From positions 6,159 through 70,158 of the forward strand of contig JBAYUF010000005.1 in NCBI GenBank assembly GCA_041675205.1: DNA of 64,000 bases, given 5' to 3'. The stretch's first letter is position 1; each line of letters starts with the position of its first letter. Source of the stretch: Patescibacteria group bacterium (lineage in GTDB: Bacteria > Patescibacteriota > Patescibacteriia > GWA2-46-9). The notes beneath the pieces were generated by a model that had not been told where the DNA came from, searched no databases, and was given only the letters and a program-made list of their open reading frames with translations. Shown here piece after piece: positions 57,187-64,000 of the stretch. The position numbers and the translations under genes are program-made.

Positions 57187-58476
57187 GTGGCTATACAACA
57201 AGCCGATTCAAGTGACGATTTGTTTGCCGCTCGCGGCATAGAAGAAAAAAAGCAATTCGCACCACTAGCAGACCGCATGCGGCCGAGTACGCTTGCTGAA
57301 TTTTTTGGGCAAACACATTTGGTTGGTGAAGGCACGTCACTGCGTCAGGTGCTCGAGGCTGATGCGGTGCCTTCAATGATTTTGTGGGGGCCGCCAGGGT
57401 CGGGGAAGACAACGTTGGCTCGCATTGTCGCTCATATGACTGGTTCGACGTTTATTTCTTTCCACGCAGTAACGGAAGGGGTGGCGGCATTACGGAAAGT
57501 TATTGCCGAAGCCGCCGAGCGGCTTAACTTATATCATTCGAGAACGATTTTATTTATTGATGAGATTCATCGCTGGAGTAAGGCGCAGCAAGACGCCCTG
57601 TTGCCGCATGTTGAAAATGGAACCATCACCTTAATCGGAGCGACAACGGAGAATCCATCATTTGAAGTCGTCAGCGCTTTGCTATCTCGTTGTCGTGTTT
57701 TTACGTTTCAAAAACTTACCACCGATGAAGTTGCGGCTATCATACATCGGGCGTTGTCTGATCGCACGATGGGTTTGGGTAATATTCGTGTGGCTGCGCC
57801 AACAGTTTTGTTTTTGGCAGCCGCGGCGGATGGTGACGCGCGTGTGGCGCTCAACGCATTAGAATTTGCTGTAAAAGCAGCGGTGCGACAAGGACGTATG
57901 GACATTACAAAAGAAGACATTATCCAGGCGTTATCCTCACCACAACTACCGTACGACAAAAATGGCGAAGAACATCACAATATAATCTCAGCGCTTCATA
58001 AAAGTATGCGTGGCTCAGACGCTAATGCGTCGCTCTATTGGCTGGGTCGAATGCTCGAGGCAGGGGAGGATCCGCTCTACGTGGCTCGGCGATTGGTTCG
58101 TTTTGCGAGTGAAGATATTGGCTTGGCGGATCCGAACGCCTTAGTGGTGGCGGTTGCCGGTTTTCAAGCGACGCACGTCATTGGCATGCCCGAGGCGAAC
58201 GTCGTGCTGGCTGAAGTTGCGGCGTATTTAGCGCGGGCACCAAAATCTAATGCGGTGTACACGGCTTATGGAGCGGTGCAGGAAGCTATTCGTGACACTG
58301 GCGCTCTTCCTGTGCCGCTCCACCTTAGGAATGCGCCAACTGCACTTATGCGAGAATTGAATTATGGAAAAGGGTACCAATATACGCCAGAAGCAAAAAA
58401 GCGTGGAGAAGCATTAGCGCAGACCTATTTGCCAGATGAAATCAGTGACCACGAATTTTTTAAAGCGGACGCTTAA
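57187..58476 (+). CDS. rarA: replication-associated recombination protein A (AAA+ ATPase RarA/MgsA)
   Basis: Walker [10 protein letters not shown], Walker B FIDEIHRW, sensor and C-terminal MgsA domains. Confidence 0.85.
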   Translation: MAIQQADSSDDLFAARGIEEKKQFAPLADRMRPSTLAEFFGQTHLVGEGTSLRQVLEADAVPSMILWGPPGSGKTTLARIVAHMTGSTFISFHAVTEGVAALRKVIAEAAERLNLYHSRTILFIDEIHRWSKAQQDALLPHVENGTITLIGATTENPSFEVVSALLSRCRVFTFQKLTTDEVAAIIHRALSDRTMGLGNIRVAAPTVLFLAAAADGDARVALNALEFAVKAAVRQGRMDITKEDIIQALSSPQLPYDKNGEEHHNIISALHKSMRGSDANASLYWLGRMLEAGEDPLYVARRLVRFASEDIGLADPNALVVAVAGFQATHVIGMPEANVVLAEVAAYLARAPKSNAVYTAYGAVQEAIRDTGALPVPLHLRNAPTALMRELNYGKGYQYTPEAKKRGEALAQTYLPDEISDHEFFKADA

Positions 58477-58482
58477 AAAAGA

Positions 58483-58530
58483 CCGGCCGGCTACCTCGAG
58501 AGAGAGCGTAGCCGGCCTTGGTGCGGGGGA
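58483..58530. terminator. GC-rich hairpin terminator (GACCGGCCGGCTAC...GTAGCCGGCC), probably bidirectional
   Basis: Perfect 14-bp stem between the convergent rarA and minus-strand genes. Confidence 0.6.
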
Positions 58531-58553
58531 GCGGTTGTCCTGACGGCGCGGCG

Positions 58554-58721
58554 TCAGGAGGTGGGGAATAGGACCGACCAGATGATCGGTCCGGCGACAA
58601 AGATGAAGATGAAGGTGAGGCCGATGATGCCGACCTTCCTCTTGGTCTCTTCACTCCAGCCGATGTTCGAAGGTGCCTTGGAAGGTACGATGACCTGTCG
58701 CTTCTGTCGGTTTCGACTCAT
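58554..58721 (-). CDS. small high-GC membrane protein (55 aa), absent from the ORF track
   Basis: Strong SD (AAGGAGG) 6 nt upstream of the ATG. MSRNRQKRQVIVPSKAPSNIGWSEETKRKVGIIGLTFIFIFVAGPIIWSVLFPTS. Confidence 0.45.
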   Translation of the reverse strand: MSRNRQKRQVIVPSKAPSNIGWSEETKRKVGIIGLTFIFIFVAGPIIWSVLFPTS

Positions 58722-58739
58722 GGCGTTGCCTCCTTGTTG

Positions 58740-59003
58740 CTATTTGGCGATTGTTTTCTGTGCGAGCGTCTGTCGCCTCGCGCGGGAACGATTCGCAATG
58801 ACTTGCAGTCGCACGATTCCGAAAATCGAAACGACGATGAACGCGAGTGGGAACCACGCGTCCTTCTTGAATTGTTCGGCGACCAGAACTATCGCGCTCG
58901 CGAGCGCCACAATTCCAAAGCCGAGTTGGTACGCACGAAGCAGTTGCACGTTTCTCTTGCCTCCTTGTCTATCGCTAAGCGAGTCGACTCGCTTTTTTAT
59001 CAT
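58740..59003 (-). CDS. small two-TM hypothetical membrane protein
   Basis: 87-aa ORF with two hydrophobic helices. Confidence 0.4.
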   Translation of the reverse strand: MIKKRVDSLSDRQGGKRNVQLLRAYQLGFGIVALASAIVLVAEQFKKDAWFPLAFIVVSIFGIVRLQVIANRSRARRQTLAQKTIAK

Positions 59004-59029
59004 TTCACAGCCACTTTGTCAACGCTTCT

Positions 59030-59377
59030 TTGAGTTGGTATACTGTGGTTACTATGACTGATGAACGTTGGGACGAATTAATCGGACAATTGAAAGATGC
59101 TGGTGTTGTTGAGTCGGAAGTTGAGGAGACGCTGGAAGACCGGCCGGGTGTGGTAATTCGGGTTATCGCTAAAACTCCCGCTGGGCGTGTTTGCTTATCT
59201 CGCACAACACAGCCGCGCAAAATAGGCGAAAAAACTTTTTTTGCTAAACGGTCTAGTTCCACGGCCGCAGTAGAAAACGTTTATGACGAAAAAGACGTTG
59301 TGCATGTTTTCACCGTAGAACGTGAAATAGACGGTGAATGGTCGGAAATTAGGGCAAGTGACTTTGGCCTTGGATAA
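59030..59377 (+). CDS. hypothetical protein
   Basis: ORF with no motif. Start may be the Met at 59054. Confidence 0.4.
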   Translation: MSWYTVVTMTDERWDELIGQLKDAGVVESEVEETLEDRPGVVIRVIAKTPAGRVCLSRTTQPRKIGEKTFFAKRSSSTAAVENVYDEKDVVHVFTVEREIDGEWSEIRASDFGLG

Positions 59378-59379
59378 CT

Positions 59380-59799
59380 ATGAAAAAACACGACCTACTA
59401 CTACTTTTTCTTGCCGTCATCACCATACTTGCGGTAAATGTTTCCGTACAAGCTATGAATGCAGTGGTTCTGACACAAGCGACACAGGTTGCTTCAAAAC
59501 CGTCTCCCGTTGACACGAAAGCGTACCAAAATGGTGCGGCCGCAGCGCTTACAAGTTTCGTGGTGGCGTATCAAGCTGACAGTAAAGAAGAGCGTGTGGT
59601 TGCGATAACAAATGCCCGAACCGCACTCCTCGCATTGCGCGTACCGATGGATCTTAAAGACGTGCATTTGGATTTGGTGCTAGCGCTCGATGCTTTAGCA
59701 GCGGCTGAAGCAGCAGAAAACGAAGTAGCCATGAGCAGTGCCCTGGCTGGGTTACGAGCCATTAGTGTTGCTAACCCGTGGTTAGCGGCTGGGCAATAA
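59380..59799 (+). CDS. Ala-rich secreted hypothetical protein
   Basis: Signal-peptide-like N-terminus (MKKHDLLLLFLAVITILAVNVSVQA). Confidence 0.45.
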   Translation: MKKHDLLLLFLAVITILAVNVSVQAMNAVVLTQATQVASKPSPVDTKAYQNGAAAALTSFVVAYQADSKEERVVAITNARTALLALRVPMDLKDVHLDLVLALDALAAAEAAENEVAMSSALAGLRAISVANPWLAAGQ

Positions 59800-59806
59800 G
59801 TATTCT

Positions 59807-60691
59807 GTGCGCAACTACGCTTTAGGTTTACTACAATGGTTGCGCCAGCTATACAACCGTTTGCGATACGCTGGCCGGGGGTTTCTTTTGACGCTGCGTC
59901 AGCAACCAGCACGGCGACTACTACCAATAATAAGTGGCGTCGTTTCTATTAGTCTTTTTGAATTTGTACTGTTTCGCCCCGACCTTTGGGCAATAGTGAT
60001 TCTGCTCATTATCGCCATGGCTGTTACCACGGGTATTGGTCTTATGAACACCCGGCTCACTTTACCAGGTTGGTGGCACACGCTTATTACCCCGGCGCTT
60101 CTGGGTATTACCTCGGTCGGGCTTTTGCTTTTTCTCCCTACTGCAACCAGTCGTCAGGTAACCATTATTCTCGTTGCCGCCTTGTTTTTACTGTTTTGGG
60201 AAAACATTTGGCGCTATTACTGGGATAGGGCGCGGTATCATGATGAGGCACTTGAAAATATATCGCTGGCGTTAAACACCGCCATCATCTGGTTCTTTTC
60301 TCTCTTTGCGTTTAATGCACTACTCGACGCCACGATTTTCCCTGGCATTATTGCAAGCAATGCACTCCTCATTGGTTCAGGGTTAGTGGTGGCAATCGTT
60401 TTCTTTATCGATTACCGCACAATTTGGGTGCAACGGTACAATGCAGAAACCGTCTGGCTGCTGCAAGTATCGCAAGCGTTAATTTTAGGCGAACTATTTT
60501 GGGTAACCAATTTCTTACCGCACAGTGTTGAAGTAAAGTCTTTCTTGCTGGTTTTGGCGTACTATCTATTTACAAATATTGGCCGGTCATACTTAGACGG
60601 CACCCTGCGGTCGTCTGTGCTTCGTCGGTATCTGTACCTTGGCACGTTTACCTTGCTTGCTGTCTTTATTACTGCTAATTGGTTTGTTTAG
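59807..60691 (+). CDS. polytopic hypothetical membrane protein
   Basis: Eight or more predicted TM helices. Confidence 0.5.
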   Translation: MRNYALGLLQWLRQLYNRLRYAGRGFLLTLRQQPARRLLPIISGVVSISLFEFVLFRPDLWAIVILLIIAMAVTTGIGLMNTRLTLPGWWHTLITPALLGITSVGLLLFLPTATSRQVTIILVAALFLLFWENIWRYYWDRARYHDEALENISLALNTAIIWFFSLFAFNALLDATIFPGIIASNALLIGSGLVVAIVFFIDYRTIWVQRYNAETVWLLQVSQALILGELFWVTNFLPHSVEVKSFLLVLAYYLFTNIGRSYLDGTLRSSVLRRYLYLGTFTLLAVFITANWFV

Positions 60692-60852
60692 GGCGGTGTA
60701 GATAGGGTAGTTACCATTGACTTTTTGAATAAAAAGTAGTAATTTCTTTGGTCGCCTACAGTCGTAGGGGGCCAGCTTTTCTCGTGAGTAACGAGACTAA
60801 GTTGAGCTGAATGTTCACTGACAATCAAAGGTTTTTAGAAGGAGAAATTCCG

Positions 60853-61056
60853 ATGGCCGAGAAATCTGAGACGAAACAGCCGATGGGGTTTGTTTGCCCT
60901 GGCTGGGCAAAGCCTCACTGGAATGCCCTCGAGTGCACTATCGAAGAGTGCACCGACGGCAGTCACGTCGTGCTGGACCACTCGTTGAACGGCGTGACCA
61001 TTTATGCCGGTGCAACGCGTAAAGATTGCAGCGACTGGCTGAATCCCTACTGCTAA
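60853..61056 (+). CDS. small Cys-containing hypothetical protein (high-GC module, gene 1)
   Basis: SD (AGAAGGAGAAAT) before the ATG at 60853. About 58% GC. Confidence 0.4.
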   Translation: MAEKSETKQPMGFVCPGWAKPHWNALECTIEECTDGSHVVLDHSLNGVTIYAGATRKDCSDWLNPYC

Positions 61057-61096
61057 CCTTCGCTACTGCGAAGCTGACTAAGAAACTGGAGGAACC

Positions 61097-61684
61097 ATGA
61101 ACGGGATATTTTCCATGACCCAGTTCCTCCAGGAATACCCTGAGGTGCTGGACCCACGTCGATTAGTCGACGATGAGGAACATTACCGGCGATGGATTGC
61201 GGCGCGAGAAACGCTCGTCTGGAAGGCCTACGCCGCCAGAGAACGAGCAATTTCGTATCGCGGCTTTAAGGTAGGGTGCGCCGTTTACGCATGGCGACCA
61301 TATCGAGAAGCCAAAGAAGCATGGCAGGTTAGCGAAGACCCCGCTGACTACATGGGTGTCCGGTGGACGACGTTCACTGGGGCAAACATGAAGACGGCAG
61401 AGGATATTCGCCCAGTTTGCGCCGAACAAGTGGCAGTTTCCGCAGCTCGTATGGCTGGCTATACCCGTATCATTGGGATTGTCGTTGTCGGCGAACCGCA
61501 AACTGACCACGATAGTGGACTCAGCCACAGAACGCTGCACCCGTGTGGCGTTTGCAGACGAACCCTTGCTGCACTTCCAGAGGTGCATGGCGACACTCCA
61601 ATTCTGACCGGAGGAATCGATGGAGACGTCATTCATCTCGAAGAGTTCAGCTTGGACGAGCTCGTGCAGTTGCACGAGATTTGA
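61097..61684 (+). CDS. CDA-fold zinc-dependent nucleotide/nucleic-acid deaminase-like protein (high-GC module, gene 2)
   Basis: CAEQVAVSAA (C/H-A-E) and HPCGVCRRTL (PCxxC) zinc motifs. Strong SD (CTGGAGGAACCATG). Confidence 0.55.
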   Translation: MNGIFSMTQFLQEYPEVLDPRRLVDDEEHYRRWIAARETLVWKAYAARERAISYRGFKVGCAVYAWRPYREAKEAWQVSEDPADYMGVRWTTFTGANMKTAEDIRPVCAEQVAVSAARMAGYTRIIGIVVVGEPQTDHDSGLSHRTLHPCGVCRRTLAALPEVHGDTPILTGGIDGDVIHLEEFSLDELVQLHEI

Positions 61685-61710
61685 TGGTCAACCAACAAGG
61701 AGAAGAAACC

Positions 61711-62013
61711 ATGAAACCAACACGTGTGGTCGTCATCGACGACGGCCCCGAAGGCCTGAAAGCGTACCTCGGTACGCTGGATGGAACGGGGACTGTCTAC
61801 TTCACCCGTTGCGGTGACGGTGGATGCCCGGTGACTCAAGCCGACCCCTCCGAACTTCCGGCGGACGGCTGGGTCGAGAGTGTCGGCGGCGACGAGCTGC
61901 ACGTCGACGTCGAGAACGTCCGGATTAGTCTGGACGACGGCCGCATCAAGTGGGACGTCAGCTGTGACTGGTTCGAAGTCTCACCGCAGCCCCTGAGCCC
62001 CGACGAAGCCTGA
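61711..62013 (+). CDS. small hypothetical protein (high-GC module, gene 3)
   Basis: SD (CAAGGAGAAGAAACC) before the ATG at 61711. 100 aa, acidic. Confidence 0.4.
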   Translation: MKPTRVVVIDDGPEGLKAYLGTLDGTGTVYFTRCGDGGCPVTQADPSELPADGWVESVGGDELHVDVENVRISLDDGRIKWDVSCDWFEVSPQPLSPDEA

Positions 62014-62168
62014 GTCAGCCACCCGGCGACGAAGACAACCTACAATCAGAAGACCCCCGCATCGCTTGAAATAATAGTGGTGTCGGGGTCTTTAAACTTT
62101 ATGAAGTAAAAATGGCGTTTAATGATAGGCTCGCCCCACAGCGAGCCTTCTGCTATTATTCTTTCACT

Positions 62169-63260
62169 ATGGAACAAACAGAGATACCAACGTTTCCACT
62201 CGAGCGCAAAGCAGGCGTTCCAGTGCCGGTGTTAATCATTCTGTCGCTGGCTGGCGGTATGGCTGGAGCGGCGCTTCTTTTTTCGTTGTTTCCGGAACTC
62301 AGAAAAGCAGTAATCCCACCGGGTACAGAGTCTGTCATTGTGTCGTCTCCTGGTACGGTGGTGGTTGAAGAGGGGGCACGAGTGGTGGATGTTGTTCGGC
62401 AGAGCAAAACAGTTGTCGCTTCGATATTTAAGAAAGGTAATACCACCCGTCTTGGCAGCAGTGTTGTTTATCCACACTCCTCGGCAAGTGGCTCGGCAAT
62501 TATGCTGACAGCGGATGGTTGGTTTGGAACTGTTCAAAACGCCAATGTTTTGGTTGGGGATATCTTGATTGTGGATAATGTTCCTTTCGAAATTAAGACT
62601 GTGTATAAAGACAGTGCTAGCCCATTCGTGCTCGGCAAGGTTGAAGGTGCCCATTTCGCCTCTGTTACTTTTTCAGAACCAGATAACGTAGCGGTCGGAA
62701 TGACCGTTGTCGCCACAACCGGCGAGGAAGATGGCGAGCGTCTTTCACTTGTTTCTTTGACCACACCTTTCGATAGTAGCGACAAGGTACTCACGAGTGA
62801 CCGCCTCACCTATGGGTATGGGGTTTCCTCACTTCGGTTATCGACCGTTGGAATTCCGGTTTTCAGTTTACGCGGTGACCTCGTGGGCCTGACAACAAGC
62901 TCTACGTCTGGCGCAACGGTTTTGGTTCCGGCGGACGTATTGCAGTCACTTCTTGATCAGCAAATTCAATTCTCGAATAGTAAGCGAGCGAGCCTGGGTA
63001 TTACCTACGTGCGGGCATCAGTGCAGGGGGATGTGAGCGGCATGATTAGAACTGTTGTCGCTAGTGCTGCAAAGAGTGCTTCCATACCGGTTGGTAGCAT
63101 CATTGTTTCAATTGATGAAGAAATAGTTGAAGACGCAGATATTTTTCGGGTGATATCTAAAAAACAACCTGGTCAAACAGTTACGTTGAAATATCGCTCT
63201 GGTGTGGAAAGTTCTCAAATCATTGAGAAGACAGTAATCCTTGGTGAGTTATCCACCTGA
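62169..63260 (+). CDS. HtrA/DegP-like trypsin-fold protein with C-terminal PDZ domain, catalytic motifs degenerate
   Basis: N-terminal TM, a trypsin-like beta-barrel region, and a PDZ-like C-terminus (GSIIVSIDEEIVEDADIFRVISKKQPGQTVTLKY). No recognizable GNSGG or TNxHV motifs. Confidence 0.5.
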   Translation: MEQTEIPTFPLERKAGVPVPVLIILSLAGGMAGAALLFSLFPELRKAVIPPGTESVIVSSPGTVVVEEGARVVDVVRQSKTVVASIFKKGNTTRLGSSVVYPHSSASGSAIMLTADGWFGTVQNANVLVGDILIVDNVPFEIKTVYKDSASPFVLGKVEGAHFASVTFSEPDNVAVGMTVVATTGEEDGERLSLVSLTTPFDSSDKVLTSDRLTYGYGVSSLRLSTVGIPVFSLRGDLVGLTTSSTSGATVLVPADVLQSLLDQQIQFSNSKRASLGITYVRASVQGDVSGMIRTVVASAAKSASIPVGSIIVSIDEEIVEDADIFRVISKKQPGQTVTLKYRSGVESSQIIEKTVILGELST

Positions 63261-63289
63261 GGATAACGTTATTTCCAGCCTTACAGGGA

Positions 63290-63480
63290 TGGAAATAACG
63301 TGCCGTATGCAGGTACGACTTACGCTATACGTTATACGGGAGATAGAGGCTATACGGCATACGCCGTAGGTTATACGCCTTACGCTATAGGCTGTACGGA
63401 AAGTCACCGTTGGCCGTAAACTACTTGGCGTACTGCGTACTGCGTATGGCGTATAACGTACTTTTCCGCTATACTTTTTA
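63290..63480. repeat. TACG-rich degenerate short tandem/palindromic repeat tract
   Basis: Reiterated TACGCTATACG, TATACGG and GCGTACTGCGTACTGCGTATGGCGTATAACGTAC units upstream of the ECF sigma gene. Confidence 0.6.
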
Positions 63481-63616
63481 GGTATTTTGTGTTGAAAAGG
63501 GCCTGTTTTTAATTATGAATTCACGGGTGTAACATAACCCTCTTTTTTTCGTCTTATTTATTGTCAGCTTACTGCATCTGCAAAGCTCTCCTTGGCAAGA
63601 AAAGATACTGCTGTAC

Positions 63617-64000
63617 CGATTGTACGACGGAGACCCGTCGGCTTTCGCAGAGCTCTATGACGCATATGCGCCAAAGATTTACCGCTTCATCTACTTCAAA
63701 GTAGGAACACAAGCGGAAGCAGAAGACCTGGCAAGTGAAGTGTTCCTTAAAACGTGGGAGTACGTGAAGCGACGAGAACGACGGATTAAGAATTTTCGGC
63801 CGTTCGTTTATCGACTCGCCCACAACGCTGTCATCGACCATTACCGTTCACGCAGTCAACAGCCGCAAACGCAAATCGATGAACAGCTAGCCACGTTCCC
63901 GGCCGAGATAGATTTAGCAGCCGATGCCGTTCGAAGTTCAGATTTGGAAATAGTTAGACGAGCATTACTGCTCATTAAAGAAGAGTACCGAGATATTATT
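63617..64000 (+). CDS. ECF-type RNA polymerase sigma-70 family factor (3'-truncated by window end; start uncertain)
   Basis: Region 2 pattern: LYDGDPSAFAELYDAYAPKIYRFIYFKVGTQAEAEDLASEVFLKTW...FRPFVYRLAHNAVIDHYR. There is no in-frame ATG, so a TTG at 63617 is proposed. Confidence 0.6.

Noticed and set aside
63569-63841. 90-aa minus-strand ORF
   Set aside because: It is antisense to the ECF sigma factor region-2 coding sequence, which has a clear family signature.

Overview
This window reads as a compact, reduced bacterial genome of about 50% GC. Gene order and content suggest a CPR/Patescibacteria-type organism, possibly Saccharibacteria-like, but that is inference only. The core is conventional: rplO-secY-adk-map, then ruvX, recO, aspS, scpAB, a PBP5-like carboxypeptidase, tpiA, a tRNA-Thr/Tyr/Thr cluster, and rpmG followed by tRNA-Trp. 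Directly after the acceptor end of tRNA-Trp (11694) the conserved neighbourhood stops. A roughly 13-17 kb mosaic accessory region begins, running to about 25-28.8 kb. It consists of short gene cassettes: GNAT, M15 peptidase, two PEP-utilizer-domain paralogs, Nudix genes and pseudogenes, two SDRs, an HD-domain protein, an aminotransferase/DapA-like pair, an S51 peptidase and ASCH proteins, plus anomalously high-GC ORFs (about 60%) with strong Shine-Dalgarno sites. The cassettes are separated by four recurring families of intergenic modules that all abut a shared CCTGCCA junction identical to the tRNA-Trp 3' end:
1. Five copies of a ~91-nt structured repeat with a tRNA-3'-like end and covarying hairpins.
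2. Two attC-like GC-rich imperfect palindromes after the high-GC cassettes.
3. Terminator plus extended -10 promoter modules that drive leaderless genes.
4. A GNRA-capped hairpin element with compensatory substitutions.
No integrase is present in the window. The remainder (28.9-64 kb) encodes envelope, redox and transport functions (ABC exporter, CcdA-TlpA, GH3, HlyD-like adaptor, SPFH, GT2), a tRNA-Pro with a tandem hairpin repeat beside it, rarA, and further high-GC islets including a CDA-fold deaminase trio. The window ends in a TACG-rich repeat tract upstream of a truncated ECF sigma factor.
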